A stretch of 32,000 bases of DNA from Ruminococcus albus 7 = DSM 20455 (GTDB lineage: Bacteria; Bacillota; Clostridia; Oscillospirales; Ruminococcaceae). The stretch covers positions 1,650,001 through 1,682,000 of the forward strand of contig NC_014833.1 of assembly GCF_000179635.2 (NCBI RefSeq), in the 5' to 3' direction. The stretch's first letter is position 1; each line of letters opens with the position of its first letter. Made by a program: the position numbers and the translations under genes. Of the stretch, positions 7,858 through 16,306 are shown piece after piece. The notes under the pieces were generated by a model. That model was given only the letters and a program-made list of their open reading frames with translations. It searched no databases and was not told where the DNA came from.

Positions 7858-8700
7858 ATGAAACCAAAACAAATAATTATAAGCTTGCTTGCATTTGTAA
7901 CGGCATTGGAACTTATAGGCTGCGGCAAGGTGGATGAAAACAGAGGTGATGTGGGGACAGATCAGGCAGATAGTACGGCAGCAGAGAACAGTTCTTTTGC
8001 CGAAACGGTAGCTTTATCGGAAGAAAGCGGTGTTGTGGAGGAAAACAGCGAAGCTGAGGAAAGCAGTGCAGCAAATGAAAGCATACCACAGGACAGTTCG
8101 CTTGATGAGAACGAAACATTGTCGCTGGCAGATGAAGAAAATCCGGTAAATGATGTTGATTTTACTGCTGATGAAATAGCTTTGTTTGAATTCTTCCCGG
8201 AAAAGATCTATTCCTGCGAATATGATACTGCGGCGAAGTTTTTAAATAGTGTTTTTGGTGACGATGCAAATCTAACTGAACTTGGAGAATATATGAACGC
8301 TCTTGAAAAGATATACCTGAAAGATCGTTTTGGTTACACTAACGGTGTTTCGGTACTTGGAGAGAAGTTTTACAGCGTGACTTTTGACTATGATCGTGAT
8401 GACAAGACAGTATACACAGTTTGCTTTAATAAAAATCCCGATCTGAATACTTCAGAGGACGGTGATCCCTCAGCGTCTGAATGTAAGGACAGCTATGACA
8501 GACTTTACACGCTGCTGCAGGAAAAGTATGGCGAGCCCACGGAAAAATTCACTCCTGAGAGTAACGGATATTTAGGAGGACTCTGGAAAGACACGCCTTG
8601 CGGTGAGATATGGCTTGTATGGGGAGAGGATATATTTGGCACCACGCAATCGGACTGCATACTCAGTTTTTCAAGGTCGGGGATAAGCGGGTTATCCTGA
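7858..8700 (+). CDS. Lipoprotein with an acidic low-complexity linker and a C-terminal domain of unknown function
   Basis: RBS GATGAGGAG precedes ATG 7858. MKPKQIIISLLAFVTALELIGCGK has a lipobox L-I-G-C. An E/S/D-rich linker follows, then a globular domain of about 170 aa. Confidence 0.8.
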   Translation: MKPKQIIISLLAFVTALELIGCGKVDENRGDVGTDQADSTAAENSSFAETVALSEESGVVEENSEAEESSAANESIPQDSSLDENETLSLADEENPVNDVDFTADEIALFEFFPEKIYSCEYDTAAKFLNSVFGDDANLTELGEYMNALEKIYLKDRFGYTNGVSVLGEKFYSVTFDYDRDDKTVYTVCFNKNPDLNTSEDGDPSASECKDSYDRLYTLLQEKYGEPTEKFTPESNGYLGGLWKDTPCGEIWLVWGEDIFGTTQSDCILSFSRSGISGLS

Positions 8701-8836
8701 CGATCAAAAATATGAAGAACAGAAGTGTGATCTTCAGGCACAGATGCGTATACCATGATATTTGTTGAGAAACGGCATGAACTAAAAAAATTTACAATAT
8801 TAATGCAAGGATCTGGACTTTATAAATGTATTATAT

Positions 8837-11800
8837 ATGCAGAAGGTCGCACAAATAATAAATGAAAGGATAATAATTTTGAAGAAGAAGGAAACTATAG
8901 GACGTATAGCAGGGCTTGCTTCCGCTATGACAGTACTTTTAAGTACTGTTGTACCTGCGGCAGCAGACGTACTGCCTCAAAAACACGATTATTCAGATGA
9001 CGAACAGTTGAAAGTGATAGTTAAGCTGAAAGGTGATCCCATACTTGCTGATAATGAAGGTGTTGGTATCGATTATCTGGATACACAGGCGGCACAGTGC
9101 AGAAGAATACAACTGGAAAATGAGCGTATGAATGTATTTGCGGCGGTACAGAAACTGTACCCGGATGCAGAGCAGGAATTCACTTATGATACGATTTTCA
9201 ATGGTTTCTCATGCACAGTGCCCGAAAGTATTATCGATGACATAGGAAGAATGTACAACGTTGATGATGTGGTATTATCCGGATCCATTATGGTACCTGA
9301 GCTTGAAACCGCGAACCCTGAGAGCGGTCTTGACAATTTTCTGGAAGATACAGGGTTGACAGGTGAGGGTAAAGTTATCGCGGTAATAGATACCGAACTG
9401 AATATCGATCATGATATGTTCAAACCGCTGGCTGATGATATCAAGACCAAACTAAGCTATGAAGATGTGGTGGACATCATAAATACCAAGGGATTGAGCC
9501 ACGATATAGACCCCGAAAAGGCATTTCGCAGCAGCAAGGTCCCTTTTGCGGTCAACTATGCTGATGAGAAAAATCTGTACTCGGTAAAGCGCAGTCGTAA
9601 TATTATGTATCATGGTTCGCACGTTTCGGGTATCGCGGCAGGCAACAGAGCAGAAAATAACGGAAAGCCGATCCACGGTACAGCTCCCGATTCACAGCTG
9701 ATATTTTTCAAAGCATCATCCGATGAAGATAATTCTTCATTAAATGATGATGCTATAGTAGCCGGAGTTGAAGATGCTGTCAAGCTGGGTGCTGATGTGA
9801 TCAATATGAGTTTCGGTGGAAGAACGCGGTCACAAAAATTACAAAAGATATTCGATGAGGTATTCGATACCGCATTAGAGGCAGGTGTTATGATAGTGGC
9901 ATCTGCAGGAAATTCGGGCACTGCCTTTCATACACCGGATCATGCAGATGTAAGTACCATTAGTTCGCCTGCAAGTATGGAAAGTGCATTTTCTGTTGCG
10001 GCAGGATGGGCACATATGAATTACGCAAGTATGTTTGCTTTGCCTGACGGTACCAAGCTGTATTTCACTGATCACAGCGCATTATCCTTAGAGGGAAAAG
10101 TTGATTATGTATACTGCGGCAAGGCAACAGAATTTGATAACAATAATTATACTGACAAACTAAAAGGAAAATTAGTGCTGCTGGACTATGCGGGATATGA
10201 TCGTAAGGATATGAAAAATATCAATGACCGTATATCAGCAACTCAAGCTGACGGTATCATTTATTTTGACAGTATGGGTGAAGAAGTGTTAGTTGATCCT
10301 GATGATTTTCTACGCATATGTTATTTGATTGAGATCGACAACAAAACTGCCCAGAAAATGATAAAAGCGAAAAACAAGCGTATAGATTTTGATGTGCCTG
10401 GTGAAATTATCGGTACGGAAACACACTTGTGTGATTTCACATCATCTGGCATACCGGGAAATTTTGAAATAAAGCCTGAAATAGCAGGATACGGTATCCT
10501 TAAATCAGCAGGGTGCGATGGAACAAGCAGTTATTCTGCAATGAGAGGTACTTCGATGTCATCACCGTATGTTGCAGGCTGTGCGGCGCTCGCTTCAAAC
10601 TGGCTTGATAAGAACGGCATCGATGTCAGCGGTGCTGACAGAGTTCAGATGATAAAGAATGTTATGATGAACAGTGCAACTCCACTTAATATAGACGATG
10701 TATACCAGAGTCCCAGAAAGCAGGGAGCAGGTATGGTCAATATGACTAATCTGGAGAAAACCAAAGTCATCATGACAGGCAGCGGCGGCAAGGCGTGCAT
10801 AAGTCAGGGCGAGATAGATGGTAACAGCTTCACATTTGATGTGACCATGAAAAACATATCCGATAAAACGGTCATGTTCACAGATGCCTATGCAGAATTC
10901 ACAACTGACAAAGTAGATGAAAATGGTATGATAGATTATGTGCCCGAAGCACTTAAGGTAAACGCTGTATTACCCGATGATATGCTGGCAATAGAGGCAG
11001 GAGATGAAAAGACATTCACCATAACTGCAGAGATTGACGCTGATAATGCGGCTGCAAAGGATGAGGTGTTCACAAACGGCTGGTTCGTTGACGGATATAT
11101 CTGTCTTTCGGGTTCGGTACAGTGCTGTGATATATCAATACCTATAGTCGGTTATCGCGGCGACTGGTATGGTCTTCCTATTACAGAGGGAGAAATGAAT
11201 GCTGAAAATGCTTCAAAAGAATCCAACTTTATGTTCTCAAATATCTGCAGTAAAAGAATAATATTGCCTTCATGTGTATCGCTGGCTGAACTTATCAGAG
11301 CACAGACAATGCCGGGGGCAAATGATACAGAAGATGACAAGGCTGCTGTAGAAGCTTATGAAAAGGCTTGTATTGATGCTGCTAAGTATGAGTACTGTTA
11401 TTCACCTAACGGTGACGGACTTGCTGATGTAATGAGTTACAGTTACTATGTATATCGTGACTCGTGTCAGAATTACATTGATGTTATCGACAAGGATGGA
11501 AATGTGGTTGTGCATACGACATATATGTTTTTGGTCAACGATAGTATAAACGAATGCACAAGCGTGGTCGAAGTACCCCTGGATGACGGTAGATACAGCA
11601 TAAAGTCAGAAATCGTCATAAAAGCAGATAATACAAACGGCAGAAAAGAAGAGCACGAATTCACAATGACCGTTGATACCAAAGCTCCTGTTGTTAGTGA
11701 TATCAGGCTTACCGAGAAAAACGGCAGAAAGATACTCAGCTTAAAGGCGAAAGATGAAAGACTCGATGGTGTATACATAATAGGTAACGGAAATGGAAAG

Positions 11801-12772
11801 GTTACGAATGGATCTGATGACGTACAGATCAAACCGAAAATGCTCACTGCGGCGTTTGAGGCATTAGTCAGCAATATACACTACATTGATGTCATACCCA
11901 AACAGGATAAGGTATTTACAAAGTCAACACCCGCTTATTTCGATGATATGCTGAAAGCATATCTGTCCGGTGACAGTAGTATAAATAAGGGGTTCTTTGA
12001 TGTTGTTCCATCATCAGTCGATGAGAACGGAGAAATGATGTTTGAGTATGATGTTACCGATCTTACCGACTACACCATAACAGTTGCAGACCGTGCTTTC
12101 AACATGACAAAATATTCGCCTAAAGCACCTTTCATCCATCCGCTGGCTGACACTATCACTGCGAAGATCGGCAGCAGGCTGAAGATGAATGAAGTTGTCG
12201 ATGTGGAGTGCGAAGGCGAGATAACTGAGCAGGGATGGGAGATCCTTCTGCCCGATGATAAATGGAGACCCTTCGATCTGAAATCCTATGTAAAGGCAAA
12301 TTACAACAATGCTCTGATACGTTATTATGCAGTCAGCGGCGGCTACAGAAGCACAAGCAATTCAATGCGTATAAAGGTCAGTGATGCTTACCGAATGAAC
12401 ATGGAAGTGTTTGTGGATGACGAACTCAATTACAGCGCAACTGTAACACCTCAGCACCATACTTTCGATCTTTCGACATTGGCAAAGGAACACAGGATCG
12501 AACTGACATCCGAAGGCTTTATCCCACGCACCATCATTTTGGATCCTGCTGATAAACTTGCTGCGGATCTTTATCTGTGTAAGCAGGGAGATGTCAACGG
12601 AGACGGAGTGATAAATGTCACTGATGTTTCAATGGCAGCTGCTCACATCAAGGGCGTAAAGAGTATTGGCGGATATGAGCAGAAAGTAGCGGATGTTAAC
12701 GCAAACGGTTCGCTGAATGTTACCGATATCTCAAAGCTGGCGGCTAAGGTCAAAGGCGTAAGGAATTTCTGA
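8837..12772 (+). CDS. Subtilisin-family (S8) serine protease, lactocepin/C5a-peptidase-like, with a PA-domain insert and a C-terminal type I dockerin
   Basis: The catalytic motifs are VIAVIDTELNIDHDMF (Asp), YHGSHVSGIAAG (His), ASAGNSG (oxyanion Asn) and MRGTSMSSPYVAGCAAL (Ser). A PA-like insert is present (GKLVLLDYAGY...ADGIIYFD). A signal peptide follows LKKKETIGRIAGLASAMTVLLSTVVPAAA, so the true start may be TTG 8879 (RBS GAAAGGA). Confidence 0.92.
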   Translation: MQKVAQIINERIIILKKKETIGRIAGLASAMTVLLSTVVPAAADVLPQKHDYSDDEQLKVIVKLKGDPILADNEGVGIDYLDTQAAQCRRIQLENERMNVFAAVQKLYPDAEQEFTYDTIFNGFSCTVPESIIDDIGRMYNVDDVVLSGSIMVPELETANPESGLDNFLEDTGLTGEGKVIAVIDTELNIDHDMFKPLADDIKTKLSYEDVVDIINTKGLSHDIDPEKAFRSSKVPFAVNYADEKNLYSVKRSRNIMYHGSHVSGIAAGNRAENNGKPIHGTAPDSQLIFFKASSDEDNSSLNDDAIVAGVEDAVKLGADVINMSFGGRTRSQKLQKIFDEVFDTALEAGVMIVASAGNSGTAFHTPDHADVSTISSPASMESAFSVAAGWAHMNYASMFALPDGTKLYFTDHSALSLEGKVDYVYCGKATEFDNNNYTDKLKGKLVLLDYAGYDRKDMKNINDRISATQADGIIYFDSMGEEVLVDPDDFLRICYLIEIDNKTAQKMIKAKNKRIDFDVPGEIIGTETHLCDFTSSGIPGNFEIKPEIAGYGILKSAGCDGTSSYSAMRGTSMSSPYVAGCAALASNWLDKNGIDVSGADRVQMIKNVMMNSATPLNIDDVYQSPRKQGAGMVNMTNLEKTKVIMTGSGGKACISQGEIDGNSFTFDVTMKNISDKTVMFTDAYAEFTTDKVDENGMIDYVPEALKVNAVLPDDMLAIEAGDEKTFTITAEIDADNAAAKDEVFTNGWFVDGYICLSGSVQCCDISIPIVGYRGDWYGLPITEGEMNAENASKESNFMFSNICSKRIILPSCVSLAELIRAQTMPGANDTEDDKAAVEAYEKACIDAAKYEYCYSPNGDGLADVMSYSYYVYRDSCQNYIDVIDKDGNVVVHTTYMFLVNDSINECTSVVEVPLDDGRYSIKSEIVIKADNTNGRKEEHEFTMTVDTKAPVVSDIRLTEKNGRKILSLKAKDERLDGVYIIGNGNGKVTNGSDDVQIKPKMLTAAFEALVSNIHYIDVIPKQDKVFTKSTPAYFDDMLKAYLSGDSSINKGFFDVVPSSVDENGEMMFEYDVTDLTDYTITVADRAFNMTKYSPKAPFIHPLADTITAKIGSRLKMNEVVDVECEGEITEQGWEILLPDDKWRPFDLKSYVKANYNNALIRYYAVSGGYRSTSNSMRIKVSDAYRMNMEVFVDDELNYSATVTPQHHTFDLSTLAKEHRIELTSEGFIPRTIILDPADKLAADLYLCKQGDVNGDGVINVTDVSMAAAHIKGVKSIGGYEQKVADVNANGSLNVTDISKLAAKVKGVRNF
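12587..12769 (+). other. Type I dockerin module of the subtilase
   Basis: Two Ca-binding loop and helix segments are present: GDVNGDGVINVTDVSMAAAHIKG and ADVNANGSLNVTDISKLAAKVKG. Confidence 0.85.
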
Positions 12773-12787
12773 TATATTTATAGACCT

Positions 12788-12817
12788 GCCCCGAAATGTA
12801 TATATGTGTTTCGGGGC
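12788..12817 (+). terminator. Hairpin after the protease gene
   Basis: GCCCCGAAA...TTTCGGGGC is a 9-bp stem with a 12-nt loop. The downstream U-tract is weak. Confidence 0.5.
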
Positions 12818-12900
12818 ATACTATTATTAGATCACTTTTGTGACTAACTCACTGAAAATAACCATCGCTTGTGTTATCATATACTCAGGAGGGATGTTAT

Positions 12901-13092
12901 ATGAAGCGCAAAGCGGTAGTTGATAAAGAACAATGTGTTGCCTGTGGATGCTGTGTCAAGGCATGTCCAAAAACGGCGATAAGTGTACCTAAAGGTATAT
13001 TTGCTGTGATTGACGAAAATCTATGTGTCGGATGCGGAAAGTGCGTCAAGGAATGTCCTGCTAGTATCATAGGACTCCGGGAGGTGCAGTAA
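12901..13092 (+). CDS. 2x[4Fe-4S] ferredoxin
   Basis: RBS AGGAGGG precedes ATG 12901. Two CxxCxxCxxxCP motifs are present (CVACGCCVKACP, CVGCGKCVKECP). Confidence 0.9.
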   Translation: MKRKAVVDKEQCVACGCCVKACPKTAISVPKGIFAVIDENLCVGCGKCVKECPASIIGLREVQ

Positions 13093-13670
13093 TGAAAAAG
13101 AAATGGTATGACTATCTCTGGATTTTCTCACTGACGTATCTTTTTCTGGGGTTTTTTAATATCCTCTTTGCATGGCTCGGGCTGATATGCTTCGTGCTTC
13201 CGCTTGTAATATCTATCGGACAGGGAAATAAGGCGTACTGTAATAAATACTGCGGCAGAGGTCAGTTGTTCTCACTATTGGGAGGACGCTTGGGCTTATC
13301 TCGCAAACATGATATGCCAAAATGGATGAAGTCAAAGATCTTTAGATATGGTTTCCTGATATTCTTTTTTGCCATGTTTTTCCTGATGTTATGGAATACC
13401 TATCTTGTTTTTGCAGGTGAAACAACTCTTGCACAGAAAGTCACACTGCTATGGACGTTCAGGCTGCCGTGGCACTGGGCATATCATGGGACCCTTTTTT
13501 CAGACGGCGTTGCACAATTTGCTTTTGGTTTTTACAGTGTTATGCTGACATCCACAGTTCTCGGATTTTTTACGATGATACTGTTTAAACCACGGTCATG
13601 GTGTGTATACTGTCCTATGGGAACAATGACACAGTTGATATGTAAAACTAAACATAAGGAGGTCAGATAA
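13092..13670 (+). CDS. Polytopic membrane protein with Cys motifs (4Fe-4S-binding-domain-like)
   Basis: Its start overlaps the ferredoxin stop (TAATG), with RBS GGGAGG. It has 4-5 hydrophobic helices and the Cys motifs YCNKYCGRGQ and SWCVYCPMGT. Confidence 0.8.
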   Translation: MKKKWYDYLWIFSLTYLFLGFFNILFAWLGLICFVLPLVISIGQGNKAYCNKYCGRGQLFSLLGGRLGLSRKHDMPKWMKSKIFRYGFLIFFFAMFFLMLWNTYLVFAGETTLAQKVTLLWTFRLPWHWAYHGTLFSDGVAQFAFGFYSVMLTSTVLGFFTMILFKPRSWCVYCPMGTMTQLICKTKHKEVR

Positions 13671-15340
13671 TGAGAACAGTTATTATAGGCGGGGTAGCAG
13701 GCGGAGCATCTGCTGCTGCAAGACTTCGCAGATTGCGTGAGCAGGACGAAATAATAATTCTGGAGCGTGGGGAGCATATATCATTTGCTAACTGCGGACT
13801 GCCGTATTTTATCGGAGGTGAGATAAAGGACAGGAGTATGCTCACTTTGCAGACACCACAGAGTTTCAGGGCAAGATTTAATATTGATGTACGTGTCAGA
13901 AATGAAGCTGTTGCCATTGAGCCTGATAATAATATCGTTATTGTTCGTGAGCTTGATAATAATAGGGAATACAAGCTTTCCTACGACAAGCTGATATTAT
14001 CCCCGGGAGCTGAGCCGATAAAGCCTCCGATCGAGGGTGTTGACTTACCGCACGTTTTTACCTTGAGAAATATTCCCGATACCCTGAAGATCAGATCGTA
14101 TATTGAAGCTGAGAGACCGAAGAAAGCAGTCGTTGTGGGCGGCGGATATATCGGAGCGGAAATGGCAGAAAACCTTGTGAATACCGGACTAGATGTAAGT
14201 ATCGTGGAGCTTGCCGATCATCTTATTGCATCCATTGATGCAGATATGGCTTCGGACGTTCACAATTATCTGCGTGAAAAGGGTATCGGTCTGTATCTTG
14301 GCAGCGGCGTGACGAAGATAACGGAAAAAGAGGTATTTCTCAATAACGGAAGCATTCCTGCGGATATGGTGATCATTTCCGCTGGCGTACGTCCTGAAAC
14401 ATCTCTCGCCAAGGACTGTGGTATAAACACTGATCAGCGTGGAAATATCATCGTCAACAAACAGATGCAAACTAATTTCTCTGATATTTATGCAGTCGGT
14501 GATGCTGTGCAGGTAACTGATCTTGTGACAGGTGAGCCTTCCTTTATCCCGCTGGCAGGTCCTGCAAATAAGCAGGGACGCATAGCTGCTGATAATATCG
14601 CAGGTTTTCCTTCTGAATACAAGGGTACGCAGGGTTCTTCAATTATAAAGCTGTTTGATATGACTGTTGCTACAACGGGTATAAACGAAAAACGTGCAAA
14701 AGCAGCAGGCATAGATTTTGATAAGACCTACACTTATTCTGCTTCTCACGCAAGCTATTATCCCGGAGCAAAGAATATGTCTGTAAAGATACTTTGGGAA
14801 AAAGGATCGCTGCGGCTGATAGGAGCGCAGATAGTCGGATTTGACGGTGTTGACAAACGCATGGATGTTCTGGCAGCTGCTGTACGCTTTGGCGCAAAAG
14901 TTACAGATCTGACAGAAATGGAACTTTGTTATGCTCCTCCGTTTGGAAGTGCCAAGGATCCTGTAAATATGGCAGGGTTTGTTGCTGAAAATATCATAAC
15001 CGGTAAAATGAAGCAGTTCTTCTGGCATGATGTTGAAGCTTTGCCGCGTGACGGCAGTGTAACACTGCTTGATGTGAGGACCAAGAAGGAAACTGCAAGA
15101 GGTATGATAGAGGGATTTATTAACATTCCTCTTGATGAACTGAGAGATCAGCTCGATAAGATACCAGAACACAGACCTGTGTATATCCATTGTCACAGCG
15201 GATTGCGCAGTTATATTGCCTGCCGAATACTTGAAGGTCATGGATATTCGTGCTATAATCTTGCAGGAGGTTGGCGGTTGTACGAGTCAGTCATACATGA
15301 CAGATCGGTCCCTCCCTATATATGCACAGAATGCAAATAA
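13670..15340 (+). CDS. CoA-disulfide reductase / NADH-oxidase-family flavoprotein fused to a C-terminal rhodanese domain
   Basis: Its start overlaps the preceding stop (TAATG), with RBS AAGGAGG. It has the FAD fold VIIGGVAGGASAAARL, the redox Cys in SFANCGLPYFIGG, a second dinucleotide fold VVVGGGYIGAEMAE, and a rhodanese active-site loop in YIHCHSGLRSYIACRIL. Confidence 0.92.
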   Translation: MRTVIIGGVAGGASAAARLRRLREQDEIIILERGEHISFANCGLPYFIGGEIKDRSMLTLQTPQSFRARFNIDVRVRNEAVAIEPDNNIVIVRELDNNREYKLSYDKLILSPGAEPIKPPIEGVDLPHVFTLRNIPDTLKIRSYIEAERPKKAVVVGGGYIGAEMAENLVNTGLDVSIVELADHLIASIDADMASDVHNYLREKGIGLYLGSGVTKITEKEVFLNNGSIPADMVIISAGVRPETSLAKDCGINTDQRGNIIVNKQMQTNFSDIYAVGDAVQVTDLVTGEPSFIPLAGPANKQGRIAADNIAGFPSEYKGTQGSSIIKLFDMTVATTGINEKRAKAAGIDFDKTYTYSASHASYYPGAKNMSVKILWEKGSLRLIGAQIVGFDGVDKRMDVLAAAVRFGAKVTDLTEMELCYAPPFGSAKDPVNMAGFVAENIITGKMKQFFWHDVEALPRDGSVTLLDVRTKKETARGMIEGFINIPLDELRDQLDKIPEHRPVYIHCHSGLRSYIACRILEGHGYSCYNLAGGWRLYESVIHDRSVPPYICTECK

Positions 15341-15343
15341 CTA

Positions 15344-15377
15344 TAAGGACGCATTTCTTTCGTGAGATGCGTCCTTA
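15344..15377 (+). terminator. Hairpin after the redox operon
   Basis: TAAGGACGCA/TGCGTCCTTA is a 10-bp stem with a 14-nt loop. There is no clear U-tract. Confidence 0.45.
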
Positions 15378-15381
15378 AGTG

Positions 15382-15410
15382 TTGAAAAACATACTTTATT
15401 GTGGTATACT
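15382..15410 (+). promoter_or_regulatory. Extended -10 promoter of the Crp/Fnr gene
   Basis: TTGAAA (15382-15387), a 17-nt spacer ending in TGg, then TATACT (15405-15410). Confidence 0.55.
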
Positions 15411-15423
15411 TGATACAATAAAG
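15393..15423. promoter_or_regulatory. Perfect 10-bp inverted repeat overlapping the -10 element and the TSS (candidate operator)
   Basis: ACTTTATTGT (15393-15402) and ACAATAAAGT (15414-15423) are separated by 11 nt. Confidence 0.4.
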
Positions 15424-15440
15424 TATAAGGGGGCATTTCC

Positions 15441-16109
15441 GTGGGATCAACGCAGGAGATACTAAAGACGTTGCTGCCGTTCTGGGACGGTATAGAAGAA
15501 TCTGACCGAAGTTTGATATGCGAAAACACTGTTTCACATTCGTTCACCGCAGGCGAAACCATACACAGAGGACAGGAGTGTTCAGGTGTGATAATCGTTC
15601 GATCCGGCTGTCTGCGGGTGTATATCCTATCTGAAAACGGAAAGGATATCACGCTTTATCGATTGTTCCCGGGGGATATATGTATGCTGTCGGCTTCATG
15701 TGTTCTGGATAGCATTACCTTTGATGTGTCTATAGATGCTGAAGAAAACAGCCGGTGTATCATAATAGGAGGTTCAGTGTTCGATACTCTTTCAAATAAG
15801 TATAAGGATATCCGTATCTTTTCTCTTGAAACCGCTGTCAGCAGGTTTTCGGATGTGATGTGGGTAATGCAGCAGATATTATTTATGAGTATGGATAAGC
15901 GGCTTGCAGTATTTTTGATAGATGAAGCAGCACGTAACAAAACCGATGAGATCATGTTGACCCATGAACAGATCGCCAGATATATCGGTTCTGCCCGTGA
16001 GGTCGTATCAAGAACGCTGAAATATCTGTCATCGGAAGGTCTGGTCGAAGTTTCCAGAAAAGGGATCCGTATCATAGATAAAGCAGGTCTAAGGGAACTG
16101 ACCAATTAA
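15441..16109 (+). CDS. Crp/Fnr-family transcriptional regulator
   Basis: RBS AAGGGGG lies 7 nt before GTG 15441. It has a cNMP-binding-type beta-roll (FTAGETIHRGQECSGVIIVRSGCLRVY...GKDITLYRLFPGDI) and a C-terminal HTH (THEQIARYIGSAREVVSRTLKYLSSEGLVEV). There is no FNR-type N-terminal Cys cluster. Confidence 0.9.
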   Translation: MGSTQEILKTLLPFWDGIEESDRSLICENTVSHSFTAGETIHRGQECSGVIIVRSGCLRVYILSENGKDITLYRLFPGDICMLSASCVLDSITFDVSIDAEENSRCIIIGGSVFDTLSNKYKDIRIFSLETAVSRFSDVMWVMQQILFMSMDKRLAVFLIDEAARNKTDEIMLTHEQIARYIGSAREVVSRTLKYLSSEGLVEVSRKGIRIIDKAGLRELTN

Positions 16110-16210
16110 CGTATAGATATACAGTGGTATGAATAACGGTAGTGACTGTTTTGGCGGCTCAACAGCAGATGATATCAGCCTACCGCACATCGTTTGTTTT
16201 ATACCTAAAA

Positions 16211-16270
16211 AAGAAGAAAGAATAACATTGAATAATATGGTATACCATTTATTCGTTATTCTTTCTTCTT
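16211..16270. terminator. Bidirectional terminator between convergent genes
   Basis: A 16-bp perfect stem AAGAAGAAAGAATAAC/GTTATTCTTTCTTCTT is flanked by an A-run upstream and T-rich sequence downstream. Confidence 0.65.
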
Positions 16271-16306
16271 AGTCTTTTTATTCAGATAAATGAGTTAGTC
16301 TATCTG

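Noticed and set aside
12829-12848. GATCACTTTTGTGACT upstream of the ferredoxin gene as a Crp/Fnr box
   Set aside because: Only 4-5 bp of symmetry (TCAC-N4-GTGA) are present. I could not place a convincing promoter relative to it, so it is too weak to call.
13532-16105. Antisense ORFs in the redox operon and crp gene (13663-13974, 14639-15241, 15341-15652, 15656-16105 and others)
   Set aside because: They are shadow ORFs opposite genes with unambiguous motifs, and they have no start context.
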